A stretch of 64,000 bases of DNA from contig JAHECY010000010.1 of assembly GCA_024641505.1 (NCBI GenBank), forward strand, positions 13,596-77,595, read 5' to 3'. A program made the translations under genes and the position numbers. Positions 55,381 through 64,000 of this stretch are shown one piece after another. A model generated the notes under the pieces. The model worked only from the letters and a program-made list of their open reading frames with translations. It did no database searches and was not told where the DNA came from. The stretch's first letter is position 1. The number at the start of each line of letters is the position of its first letter. Source of the stretch: Gammaproteobacteria bacterium. Lineage in GTDB: Bacteria; Pseudomonadota; Gammaproteobacteria; SG8-11.

Positions 55381-55880
55381 TTTACTCTCCGCAATACCGG
55401 TACGGGTTCGCCCGCCATCAATACCCGCAACTTCTCCCGACCGCGAGCGAGGCGCGACATAACCGTACCCATGGGTATACCCAGGACGCGTGCCGTTTCC
55501 TCATAACTCAATTGTTCCAATCCCACCAGCAATACCACCTCCCGAAACTCGTCGGGCAAGCGCTTGAGCGCCGACACCAGATCCCGGATCTGTATTTGCT
55601 GCTCCTGGCCGGGCGTGACCTCGATATCCATATGCCCTGACTCTTCGCTCATCGAAATCGTGGTCAGACGCCCGGCCCGAACTTGATTGACGAAGGTATT
55701 GTGCATGATGGTAAACAACCAGGCGCGCAGATTGCTGCCGCGTTGCCACAGGGAAAACTTGTGCAGCGCGCGTTCCATGGTGTCTTGCACCAGATCGTCG
55801 GCGGCGGTGACATCACCCACCAGGGCGCGAGCATAGCGCCGCAATCGCGGAATATGCACGGCAATATCATTGGCATCCAT
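55377..55880 (-). CDS. ECF-family RNA polymerase sigma factor (sigma-70 regions 2 and 4)
   Basis: Region 2 DLVQDTMERALHKF...AWLFTIMHNTFVNQVR, region 4 LSYEETARVLGIPMGTVMSRLARGR; start at internal Met 55880. Confidence 0.85.
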   Translation of the reverse strand: MDANDIAVHIPRLRRYARALVGDVTAADDLVQDTMERALHKFSLWQRGSNLRAWLFTIMHNTFVNQVRAGRLTTISMSEESGHMDIEVTPGQEQQIQIRDLVSALKRLPDEFREVVLLVGLEQLSYEETARVLGIPMGTVMSRLARGREKLRVLMAGEPVPVLRRVK

Positions 55881-56098
55881 AGACAAAGAGTTTACTCCAG
55901 GCGAAATCACTTGCGTAGATATGGAACCCATAACCCAGCGACAATGTACGGTATTTCATGGGATGCTCCAATAATTAATCAACTCAGACATAGCAATCGA
56001 CAACTACTCTCGGAGCAAACAGAAATTAATGGGGTTTATTCCCGCATTTTGAAAATTATTCCGGCGGGTAATACGCACCCTCAGTCCGGAAAGGGGAA

Positions 56099-57499
56099 TC
56101 AGGTGAACAGTCTGGACAAGTCAACACCGGGCTCGAGCGGGGGCCCCTCGGGAAATTGACCGAGGTCATTGTAAGCGGTGCGGGGAAATACCGCGACACC
56201 ACTGCCGGGACGCACCCAATCACAAGCGGCAGCACACACTCGTTCAAAAGAGGTAAGCCCCTTGATGTCGCTGCCATGAGTATCATAGGGCGCGGGCCCG
56301 GTGCTGTTGTTGATTTCGCGCCGCGGGAACATCTCCCCGTAGATGCCACCGGCAACCGCGGGTCCGATCAAAATTTGATAATTACCGGTGCCATGATCGG
56401 TACCGGCATCACCATTGGCGTGCAGTTGGCGGCCGAATTCCGTGGTGACGACAAAAGTGGTGTTGGCAAGCGCATCCGGCGCCACGGCGGAACTGAAGGC
56501 TGCGAAACCGCCATCACTGCCGAACAATGCATCGAAACTCGTTTCCAGAAAAATTCGTTGCGCCCGGTGGGTATCCCAACCCCCGTACTCCATCGATACC
56601 GCACGCGGTTTTAACAGGTCGGCCGCGGAATAGCCGTCATAGATGTTGGCCCACTGCTTAGCCAAGGGTTTGGCATTGGCCGTCAGCGCCGTGACAGCGT
56701 CCGGTAATGGATACGCATCAGTGACGGCTCTCACGCCATCGCCAAAACGGCGCAACACCATTTCATTCTGCAAAATCTTATGATAGGGCCAGGCCGTTGG
56801 CATGGTCGCGGACTGTATTTGTTTGGCGGCGTAATAACTTTTCAGGGATCGAGCCATGCGCTCCTGCCAGATACCGGCGCTGCCCGTGGACAACGCGAAA
56901 TTCCTGCTGTCGCGCATATGGACCAGACGAGCGTGACGATGGGCCGGATTCGTGCCGTTGCAAAAAATGGAGACAGTGTCCGTAACAGCGACAACATTGG
57001 CCTCCGGCATGGTTTCCATCAGACGGCCACCCCAACCGTCCCGGTCATAATCATACTGACTGGCGGCGAGATCCCCGGACGCCATTACCAGTTGCGCCTG
57101 ATCGTGACGCCGCAGCTCCGAGGCCAAGACATTGCTGACGATAGCCACATTGCCGGCGTCAAACTGTGCTTTCAACCACGGCGCGGCTTTGTGGATACCA
57201 AAGCCGAAAGGAGAACCATCGGTCACGGCAAGATAGTTGTCCGCGAAAGCCTGTGCGTAGTCGGCATAGTTGACCCGGTTATAATTGTACAGAGCGCTGC
57301 GCGCTTCCCAGAAACGCGCTGCATAGGCTGTATCCGACGGGTGCGGCGCAAACAAGAAACGAAAATCCGCGCCGCCGACACACATAAGATGCACCAGCAA
57401 CCGTTCGGGGACTCCCGGGACGGCCCAGGCGGTAACCGGTAAACCACCCGCCATCAGCGGCGCTCCAAGCAATAATTTTAAAAATTCCCGGCGCCGCAT
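56099..57499 (-). CDS. DUF1501 family protein (sulfatase/alkaline-phosphatase-like fold) with Tat signal MRRREFLKLL
   Basis: Twin-arginine motif; C-terminal TTEFGRQLHANGDAGTDHGTGN typical of DUF1501. Confidence 0.75.
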   Translation of the reverse strand: MRRREFLKLLLGAPLMAGGLPVTAWAVPGVPERLLVHLMCVGGADFRFLFAPHPSDTAYAARFWEARSALYNYNRVNYADYAQAFADNYLAVTDGSPFGFGIHKAAPWLKAQFDAGNVAIVSNVLASELRRHDQAQLVMASGDLAASQYDYDRDGWGGRLMETMPEANVVAVTDTVSIFCNGTNPAHRHARLVHMRDSRNFALSTGSAGIWQERMARSLKSYYAAKQIQSATMPTAWPYHKILQNEMVLRRFGDGVRAVTDAYPLPDAVTALTANAKPLAKQWANIYDGYSAADLLKPRAVSMEYGGWDTHRAQRIFLETSFDALFGSDGGFAAFSSAVAPDALANTTFVVTTEFGRQLHANGDAGTDHGTGNYQILIGPAVAGGIYGEMFPRREINNSTGPAPYDTHGSDIKGLTSFERVCAAACDWVRPGSGVAVFPRTAYNDLGQFPEGPPLEPGVDLSRLFT

Positions 57500-57500
57500 A

Positions 57501-59420
57501 TTACCCGCCTCCCGTGGCGAACATAAAGGGCGTCATGGAAATAAAATCGACAGCGAGTCCGATATTGCGCTGCGTTACATAACGCGTATTGGTATCGTTA
57601 CTGTCGAGATTCAGTATCGCCGCCTCATGGGCGTTGATATAGGACGCATAAGGTTCGGACGACAATTCGGTTTCGCTAAACACATGCTCCGGGTCGACTT
57701 CGTTCACAACGAAGCCGAAATCAAGACCGGTGGCCAGGAAAGCGGTAACGTAGGCGCGCTCCAGCAAGCCGTAATGCGCCAGGTCATCCGCCACAAACCG
57801 TTGCCATAACCACTCAGCGATTTCCCTTACCCGGTAGACACCTACGGCGTTAGGCGGCATCACCCGGGACCATTGTTTCTCCCAAAGATGGTCACCGGCG
57901 GAGTCGGTATACTTTTCCTGATACTTTACGACAAACCAATAATTATCGACCGCGGCGTTATAGGCAAGCTTGAAGATGTCGGGATTATTCACCGCATCCA
58001 GCGAAGTTTGTCCGCCGAACACATCATGCGCCGGAATAAATGGCGTCAATCCCTGAAGGCTCAGCATGGACGATGGGATCCAGGAGTTCTCATAGGCTTC
58101 CTCGTTGTCCACAGTATTGAGATTGAACAGCAGCAGGTTGCGGTCGACGGCGGTGTAGTATTTGAATGTGTCGGAGCGATGCAGCATCGGCGAAATCGCA
58201 TAGGCACGTAGAAACATCAACAGATCCTTCTGCGGTAACTCGCGCCACAGGGTACGGATTGCCTGAATTTTTTCCGCATTCAAATTATCATCGGCAAAAT
58301 GTCCAATCATGTACACCGGTAAATTATCCAGACTTTCCTGAACATTGATCGCCACCCCCGACAGAGCATAGATCTTGTCACGGGCCGTAGCGCCGGAAAT
58401 GGTCGCACCCAGAATCTCCAGGTCACCGGCATGGTGCAGCGTGCCATTATTCAGCACCGTACCCATGGCATCGGTATGATCGCTGAATTCAATCAGATTC
58501 AACCAGTAATCATTTGCGATGTCACTACCGCCCCAGGCTGAAGCATCGCGATCAATGCGCATGCCCGTCAGCGCGCGGGCGGTATTCTCAATGGTGACTT
58601 CTTCGTGATACTCCTGGGGAAAATCACGGCCGTTATCACGAAAAAACAACTGGTGGAATTCACGCGCGAAGTCGTCGTTGCCACGAAACTGCAAGGTGTT
58701 GTTATCGAAAGTATTGGTATAATGCCCATAATGCATGGCCACTGCCGCAGACGTTGCGCCGCGCGCCAGAATATTCCACATCGGTTCACCGGCAGCCAGA
58801 TCCGACATGACATCGTCATACATTCCCCGGATCAGAGTGGGCCGTACTTTATAGAGACTGACCGCCATCAGGTAATTGGTGAGAAACAATCCGACTTTCT
58901 GCCGAAAGGGATTCAATCCGCTTTTATTGGTGCTGGCCACCCAGGTATTAATCAACGCGCTGGCACTAAGCGATTTCAGATTGGTATTGGGATTGGTGGC
59001 AAGCACGGCGAACCTTGAGCGTAAATCCTCCCGTGTCGCATTTTCCGCATCGCTGGATGACCAGTGCGTTTGCAGCTGTTCCAGAGTTCCCCCCTGGGCT
59101 CCGGTAGCGTCAACGACCGGGGACAGCAATGGATTTACCTCATCGAAGGTCAACATCTGCGCGATAGCCACCTCCGGCGCCAGAGCCGCCCATGACTTGA
59201 TCTGCGCGTCTGAAGCCTGACCACCATAGGCGAAAAGATGCAGTACTTTGCGTACCGCGGCCTCGGTCCAGAGAATCCCCGGAGGGGGATCGGATTCCGT
59301 TTTCGGTGCCGGGTCCTTCGGTGGCACATTGCCAGCACCGCGATCGTGGCCGCCATCACAGGCAACCACCTGCAACAGCATTACAAGCGCGAGCAAGACG
59401 TTCTTCATCCAAATTCCCAT
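57501..59420 (-). CDS. DUF1800 family lipoprotein (usual partner of DUF1501)
   Basis: 639 aa; lipobox LLQVVAC; 1-bp gap to DUF1501 gene, conserved pair arrangement. Confidence 0.7.
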   Translation of the reverse strand: MGIWMKNVLLALVMLLQVVACDGGHDRGAGNVPPKDPAPKTESDPPPGILWTEAAVRKVLHLFAYGGQASDAQIKSWAALAPEVAIAQMLTFDEVNPLLSPVVDATGAQGGTLEQLQTHWSSSDAENATREDLRSRFAVLATNPNTNLKSLSASALINTWVASTNKSGLNPFRQKVGLFLTNYLMAVSLYKVRPTLIRGMYDDVMSDLAAGEPMWNILARGATSAAVAMHYGHYTNTFDNNTLQFRGNDDFAREFHQLFFRDNGRDFPQEYHEEVTIENTARALTGMRIDRDASAWGGSDIANDYWLNLIEFSDHTDAMGTVLNNGTLHHAGDLEILGATISGATARDKIYALSGVAINVQESLDNLPVYMIGHFADDNLNAEKIQAIRTLWRELPQKDLLMFLRAYAISPMLHRSDTFKYYTAVDRNLLLFNLNTVDNEEAYENSWIPSSMLSLQGLTPFIPAHDVFGGQTSLDAVNNPDIFKLAYNAAVDNYWFVVKYQEKYTDSAGDHLWEKQWSRVMPPNAVGVYRVREIAEWLWQRFVADDLAHYGLLERAYVTAFLATGLDFGFVVNEVDPEHVFSETELSSEPYASYINAHEAAILNLDSNDTNTRYVTQRNIGLAVDFISMTPFMFATGGG

Positions 59421-59596
59421 CTGTGTCCAGGGGTAGCGTATTCTTCCCTCTGCCAGGTAACGTTAAAGGATATAGGATCGAAAAACCATTAAATTGATTA
59501 AGATAGGCCTGAGTGCGGAGCTTTATGTAAAGCCACCGCGAGAATCAAGCGTGCCTGGCAATGGCATGGCACGCTTGCGCAACAAACCGCAACCGG

Positions 59597-60502
59597 TTAG
59601 ACGGATTCCAACTGGTAGCGCACCCACATCTGATGTTCTTCATTGGGTGCCAAGGTCACAACGTCCTGCTCCGCGTTCGCGCTTTCCACGCACACCATCG
59701 ACAAATAGCCGTTATCACTCATATCACCAAAACGCGCGGCCTTTTCTTCCCAGGGATTCCATACCACCGTGGCGGCGCTGCCGCGCTTGCTGATGCGAAT
59801 GCGGCGCTGCCAACCCGGATCATCAATAACGCAGTCGCCAGCAGTGTTGACGTATACGCGATCCACCTCCGAGCTGATCGCCACCGCACCCTGCTGACGC
59901 TTGGTTTTGCGCGCATCGACCTTATCTACATAGTCAACGTTCTCCAGCCCTGAAATTCGGCATTGGCGTACGTCACTCACCGCGAAATAGGTATGCAATG
60001 CCTGGCCGATGGTCACGGGATTTGTGCCGTGATTGCGGTTTGCCATCAACATTTCCAGCGTATCACCAACGGTAACGCGAAACTCCAATGACGTAACTTC
60101 AGGCCACATAACGCGATCACTGTCGACCATCGGCAAGCGCAAAACCAACTCCGTGGCGCCACTGGCGAGTTGCCGCGTGGACACCACGTCCCAATCACGG
60201 GTGCGAGCGAATCCATGGGCGGGAAATTCGGCATTAGTTGCATGCGGGCCAAACCAAGGCCAACACACAGGCACCCCACCACGCAAAGATTTTCCTGGCG
60301 TGTACTTCGCCGCCTCAGATGTCCAGATTACCGGTTTGGCAGCGGTCGGCGCCCAATGCACCACCTGAGCCCCTTGCAGCAGGATGCGCGCGTTGCCAAG
60401 AGCATTGTCTACTTCTATGATGACAAGCGCACTGGGACCCGCGCTGAATGCGACATGTCCCGGAATACCAAAGCGCTCGTTTAGTGCTGCTAGTGATGAC
60501 AT
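59597..60502 (-). CDS. yeaD: D-hexose-6-phosphate mutarotase (aldose 1-epimerase-like, YeaD family)
   Basis: 301 aa; N-terminus FGIPGHVAFSAGPSALVIIEV, TVVWNPWEEKAARFGDMSDNGYLSMVCVESAN. Confidence 0.8.
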   Translation of the reverse strand: MSSLAALNERFGIPGHVAFSAGPSALVIIEVDNALGNARILLQGAQVVHWAPTAAKPVIWTSEAAKYTPGKSLRGGVPVCWPWFGPHATNAEFPAHGFARTRDWDVVSTRQLASGATELVLRLPMVDSDRVMWPEVTSLEFRVTVGDTLEMLMANRNHGTNPVTIGQALHTYFAVSDVRQCRISGLENVDYVDKVDARKTKRQQGAVAISSEVDRVYVNTAGDCVIDDPGWQRRIRISKRGSAATVVWNPWEEKAARFGDMSDNGYLSMVCVESANAEQDVVTLAPNEEHQMWVRYQLESV

Positions 60503-60575
60503 GATATCTATCCTGTGAATGCGGAAATCGGAGCCGTCTATTCTAGCTCCGGTATCCGCTGCAAGATAGTACCTT

Positions 60576-61283
60576 TTACGCGGTTTGCCTTATCCCCGTG
60601 AGACGCGGCATAGCGCGGGATAATTGCGCCACTACCGGCGGCACACCGCCAGGAACGAGAATTTTTTCAACCCCGAAGAACTTGCTGATCTGTTGCCCAT
60701 CGACCACAAAACCCTCACCGTCTTCCAGCACCACCACCGGAAGCTTGGACTCATCGGCCAGCACCTGCAATTCTTGAAGATCACGCTGTGCCCAATGGGC
60801 GTCATGTTCGAAATGCGGACTGATGTGAAACGGCAGACGCCCCATGCCTTCCAGCCGATGTAGATTCAGGGTATTTTCGTCGGGAAAACTGCTGGGAATA
60901 CCGGCAGTGGCAATGTCGGGCGACAATATAATGCTGCCCGCCGACTCGGCGACGATCAAACCACCCCGGGATTCGAATTCAGCCAACACGGCAAATAAAT
61001 CAATAGCGCGCGCATAATCCAGAAATTCGTAGGTGTTGCCACCGATCAGATAAACCGCCGCCGACGCCAGAATTTCCTGACGCACACGCTCCGCATCTGC
61101 ATAATCTTGCGGTGCCAATGCCGTGGTCGGAATATCGACATCCCGAAAATACTGCGCGGCCTCATCAGCGGCTTGCGCTTCTCCGGCAGCGAACGGAATT
61201 GCGGTAAATACACCATGTCGCCCTAAATGCCTACGCAATAATTCATCCAGCGCAGGGACTTCCCCACTGTACACATACAACAT
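60576..61283 (-). CDS. peptidase S51 (dipeptidase E-like) / class I glutamine amidotransferase-like protein
   Basis: S51 motifs AVYLIGGNTYEF and nucleophile VAESAGSII; start at second Met (GGGGGG upstream). Confidence 0.7.
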   Translation of the reverse strand: MLYVYSGEVPALDELLRRHLGRHGVFTAIPFAAGEAQAADEAAQYFRDVDIPTTALAPQDYADAERVRQEILASAAVYLIGGNTYEFLDYARAIDLFAVLAEFESRGGLIVAESAGSIILSPDIATAGIPSSFPDENTLNLHRLEGMGRLPFHISPHFEHDAHWAQRDLQELQVLADESKLPVVVLEDGEGFVVDGQQISKFFGVEKILVPGGVPPVVAQLSRAMPRLTGIRQTA

Positions 61284-61671
61284 TAGCCCCCCCATTACGC
61301 CACGGGTAATACCCGACGAACGCGCCCAATTATACGCATTCGACGCATGAATGAAACCCCGGAATAGATCGTTTAACCCATTGTATTTCTAACCATAATG
61401 TATACACTGTCGGGTTATCACCGGAGTCCAGTACGCTCCATGCGACTACACCTGCCGCACCATATACCACTACCCAGCCCTGTCACCGGTTTTATATACC
61501 GCATGGTAATAACTCCTTTCATCCATTTGAGCCTGGGTGGCGTACCTGGAGAGCGCAGACTGGATAATTGGAAAATGTGAAAACCAAGCTTCTAACCAGG
61601 CGTTCAACCCGAACGTCGATCCAACGAATCCCAGCGCGGTGCATGACCCATACTATCAGGGAGATCTATAC

Positions 61672-61977
61672 ATGACGCTTTTGAGTCTCTTGCTTCTTGT
61701 CAATGCCGTGCTGCACGGCGTCATTGTCGGGCGCTTCGGAATCAAGGGAAACGTTCCTCCCGTGGCGTTCGGGTTCATATATTCGGCGTTGGCGATTGCC
61801 GTCTTCCGTGGCTGGCCTAGCGGGTCCCTCGTCACCTTGGTGGTGACTACGTTTGGTCTCATCGGCCTTGCGCTGAATTTCAGGAAATTGCAGCACGACA
61901 CGACGATTGAGAAGATTATCTTCATTGTCGGGGGTGCGATTCTCCTATGCGCCGCCTATCTGCTTCTGATCGGATAG
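61672..61977 (+). CDS. small integral membrane protein (3 TM), hypothetical
   Basis: Start ATG 61672 with GGGAG 9 nt upstream; last GC-rich gene before the low-GC cassette region. Confidence 0.5.
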   Translation: MTLLSLLLLVNAVLHGVIVGRFGIKGNVPPVAFGFIYSALAIAVFRGWPSGSLVTLVVTTFGLIGLALNFRKLQHDTTIEKIIFIVGGAILLCAAYLLLIG

Positions 61978-62233
61978 CACCTGACCCTGTTTTATCGGGA
62001 ACCATTCATACCCAATCAGTCAGTCCACAAGATCTATTCGGCAACTACCAGCAGGTCAATACCGACGCCCGACCTGACGCGCTTCGTGCCAGGCCGGGCA
62101 CGTGTTACCATGGTCGTAATGAAATGAACAACAACGATTCAACTAATTTTCTATATTTTAAATCGGCAACATACAAGGCTTATATTTTTAATTCATTGCA
62201 ATTTTGAAGCAGCGACATGCATAAGGTTGCACA

Positions 62234-62566
62234 TTGTATATTTGCTCTATCGACAACCTTGAAACAATTAACGTTGAAGGCCAGTATTCTTTTAGAGGTA
62301 ACGGCACCGCAAAGCTAGTGCAAGCCGGCGACATGATAACGATATTTTTTGATGGCTTGCCACTGCCGGATATTGAAGCAAGAGGTAAGATCACAGGCAT
62401 TTTGATTACTGGACAATGGGTCGTCCCTGACACTCGATACACTTCCAGTGAAGGTTGGAACTATTTTCATGCAAAAATCCTTAACGACGGAAATACTATA
62501 GATTTATCAGAAAGCACGGATCAGGCGGCGATTTCCATGAGCTCCATTATATTATTCAGGAGATAA
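62234..62566 (+). CDS. cassette ORF 1, hypothetical protein (110 aa)
   Basis: ORF in AT-rich region; no recognisable domain. Confidence 0.4.
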   Translation: MYICSIDNLETINVEGQYSFRGNGTAKLVQAGDMITIFFDGLPLPDIEARGKITGILITGQWVVPDTRYTSSEGWNYFHAKILNDGNTIDLSESTDQAAISMSSIILFRR

Positions 62567-62691
62567 CCAGTGATTAGCCAAGCTCGCCTCTACAGCGTCT
62601 TGAATACTACGATGATCCACATATTTGCGTGTAGTCGCTGCGGAAAATCTTTTTATGAAGAGCATATGCGAAATGCCCATTAATAATTACA

Positions 62692-62754
62692 CTTTAACAT
62701 CTTAGCATTTATACGCTGTGCGCAGCATGGCGTATAAATGCTAAGATGTTAGAA
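62692..62754 (+). mobile_element. candidate short attC site (63 bp near-perfect palindrome ending in core-like GTTAGAA)
   Basis: cTTTAAC-atctt-agcatttatacgc-tgtgcgcagcatg-gcgtataaatgct-aagat-GTTAGAA; ends in TAAC/GTTA like R''/R' boxes; next ORF starts 19 nt later. Confidence 0.45.
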
Positions 62755-62772
62755 AAAGACAGGGGCTTAGCT

Positions 62773-63279
62773 ATGTCGCAATATATTATTACTACGCTAG
62801 CACTCTTACTTGGTATTGCTGCATCTGCTATTGCATCTGGCGACGACCATAACTCAAACTATACCTATAGCGAACCTCCAAAACTCAACGGTTGTTCACC
62901 TTTACTTCCTGGAAATTCAAAGGAAAGGGACTGCGTTAGTTTTGAAAAGACGCTAAACCTGTTCTTTGAACAAGAAGGTTCTTCTAACCGGGGAAAATTA
63001 TTCTTAGCAGCCATACAACTTTTCGAATTAGAAAATAGAAATGGCGATAGAAATCTTAATGTTAAAGTTGGTGAATTTATAAAGCATTTTGGAAAACCTG
63101 ACTACAGGAGAGAGACTACTTTCCGAGGTGAAAATGTTACCGAATACGCTTATTTGTTCAACAATCATTCTCATCATGACTGGATTTGCGTGATTTCCTT
63201 TACAAAAGATAGAATTTCTACTATCTGGTATAACGAAACGAAGGTTATGCTACTTGCTGGATGGGATGAATTAGAGTAA
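62773..63279 (+). CDS. cassette ORF 2, secreted hypothetical protein (signal peptide MSQYIITTLALLLGIAASAIASG)
   Basis: Start at 62773 (AGGGG upstream) rather than 62746 which lies inside the palindrome; stop is followed directly by the attC. Confidence 0.5.
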   Translation: MSQYIITTLALLLGIAASAIASGDDHNSNYTYSEPPKLNGCSPLLPGNSKERDCVSFEKTLNLFFEQEGSSNRGKLFLAAIQLFELENRNGDRNLNVKVGEFIKHFGKPDYRRETTFRGENVTEYAYLFNNHSHHDWICVISFTKDRISTIWYNETKVMLLAGWDELE

Positions 63280-63392
63280 TTCTAACCATTCGTTCAAACC
63301 GACTCTTTTGTCAACGGCCAAACGGTTGTATCGAAAAAGCATACATCCGTTTGGCCGTTGACAAAAGAGCGGGTTAACATTTTTCGTTAGGC
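63280..63392 (+). mobile_element. integron attC (59-base-element) recombination site, 113 bp
   Basis: R'' TTCTAAC - CATTC - L'' GTTCAAACCGA - 23-bp perfect inner stem CTCTTTTGTCAACGGCCAAACGG / CCGTTTGGCCGTTGACAAAAGAG - L' CGGGTTAAC - ATTTTTC - R' GTTAGGC; compare aadA1 attC GTCTAAC-AATTC-GTTCAAGCCGA...CGGCTTAAC-...-GTTAGAT. Confidence 0.8.
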
Positions 63393-63408
63393 TAGGAGAA
63401 AACTAGTA

Positions 63409-63933
63409 GTGACTAAACGCTTAATAGATGATCTTCAATGCTACATCGCTACCACCTCTGTCGGCGCATCTACTGTTCGCGGTTCTCCCACAGGAACAGT
63501 TGAAGCCTCCAGAGAGTTTTTATCACAGTTATCACTCCGCCAATTCGGGGTGAAGGGTAAGCACATATTTTGCCGAAATCTTGATTATGAGACAGAGAAT
63601 TTAACGATATCTTTTCCGCGTGGACGCCAACACTGGGCCCTATCGAGAAAGGTATTAAATATATTCTTGCACAACGCATTCTATAACTATTACTTGCGCG
63701 ACTATTACAACCTTGATTATTCCGAAGGACATTACGAAGTACCAATTGATTCTGTAGTTGCAAAGGGTTTAAGAAAAAGATTTCCGAGAGGTACTTTTAA
63801 TCGCTGGACTGGTCTCGGCACCCTCACTCCAAAAATGCATGAAACATATCAACATCATGCGCAAATATTGGCAGACAGAGAAGGATATGCTCGCGTTCAC
63901 TTAGACGCTATACTGTGGGTTCAAGAAAGGTAA
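63409..63933 (+). CDS. cassette ORF 3, hypothetical protein (174 aa), GTG start with AGGAG 10 nt upstream, begins 17 nt after GTTAGGC core
   Basis: ORF placed as expected for a cassette-borne gene; no recognised family. Confidence 0.5.
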   Translation: MTKRLIDDLQCYIATTSVGASTVRGSPTGTVEASREFLSQLSLRQFGVKGKHIFCRNLDYETENLTISFPRGRQHWALSRKVLNIFLHNAFYNYYLRDYYNLDYSEGHYEVPIDSVVAKGLRKRFPRGTFNRWTGLGTLTPKMHETYQHHAQILADREGYARVHLDAILWVQER

Positions 63934-64000
63934 ATAGTTTATGGAGCATTTAAATTTCGATGAAACCATACATCGCAATGCCTAATCGGGTAACCAGGGG

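Larger units (their letters stand above)
61980..64000 (+). mobile_element. low-GC (~40%) integron-type gene cassette array or CALIN (attC cluster without integrase in window), runs to window end
   Basis: Abrupt GC drop; three co-oriented unknown ORFs each followed within 5-8 nt by a structured site; attC at 63280-63392 with canonical boxes; possible next R'' (GCCTAAT) at 63982. Confidence 0.65.

Noticed and set aside
55960-56000. GGAAC-N16 motif on the plus strand in the sigma/DUF1501 intergenic region as an ECF promoter
   Set aside because: Wrong orientation for the minus-strand sigma/anti-sigma genes; likely coincidental.
61980-62233. Search for attI/intI at the start of the cassette region
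   Set aside because: No tyrosine-recombinase-like ORF or recognisable attI on either strand in 60.5-62.2 kb, so integrase presence cannot be claimed from this window.
62692-62754. Alternative reading of the 63-bp palindrome as a plain rho-independent terminator
   Set aside because: Not fully rejected. The palindrome lacks extrahelical bases typical of attC and could be a terminator. The GTTAGAA core-like end, tight ORF spacing and the unambiguous attC 560 bp downstream favour a degenerate attC, so confidence is only moderate.

Overview
GC-rich (about 58-60%) gammaproteobacterial chromosomal segment, mostly core genes, ending in a low-GC integron-type cassette region. The segment ponA(mrcA) <-> pilMNOPQ-aroK-aroB ... 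AAA/SPOR protein-gltB-gltD has the same gene order as the Pseudomonas PA5045-PA5035 region; a dGTPase-like gene and a small WGR-domain gene lie between aroB and the SPOR gene here. Other core content: a hybrid sensor kinase, greB, fnr/anr, an MMPL/RND-superfamily exporter with a repeat-containing partner protein, ppiB, a dienelactone hydrolase, an NhaP-type antiporter, a glycine-cleavage operon gcvT-gcvH-gcvPA-tpx-gcvPB behind a tandem glycine riboswitch, dgkA, a PfkB kinase, a Sel1-repeat protein, RNA/SAM methyltransferases, a soxX-soxA-soxK cytochrome operon with no soxB/YZ in the window, two tandem PrcB-like paralogs, an MBL-fold protein, moaE, an MscS channel, a transglutaminase-like protein, an ECF sigma/anti-sigma pair downstream of a DUF1800/DUF1501 pair, yeaD and a peptidase S51. 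Non-coding features: a REP family with core GGTGCGTAATACGCACCCTAC at four or more loci; a 54-bp tandem repeat inside the SPOR gene; a 9-bp tandem repeat inside an envelope-protein gene; a perfect FNR box (TTGAT-N4-ATCAA) in front of a 29-codon hydrophobic mini-ORF just upstream of fnr. The most unusual feature is the last ~2 kb (from about 61980): GC falls to about 40%, and three co-oriented ORFs of unknown function are separated by structured sites. One site, 63280-63392, matches the canonical integron attC architecture (R'' TTCTAAC, L'' GTTCAAACCGA ... L' CGGGTTAAC, R' GTTAGGC), close to the classical aadA1 59-base element. No integrase is present in the window, so this is an integron cassette array or a CALIN (cluster of attC sites lacking an integrase). 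A P-loop protein gene truncated by the window start (1-803, minus strand) is missing from the supplied ORF track.
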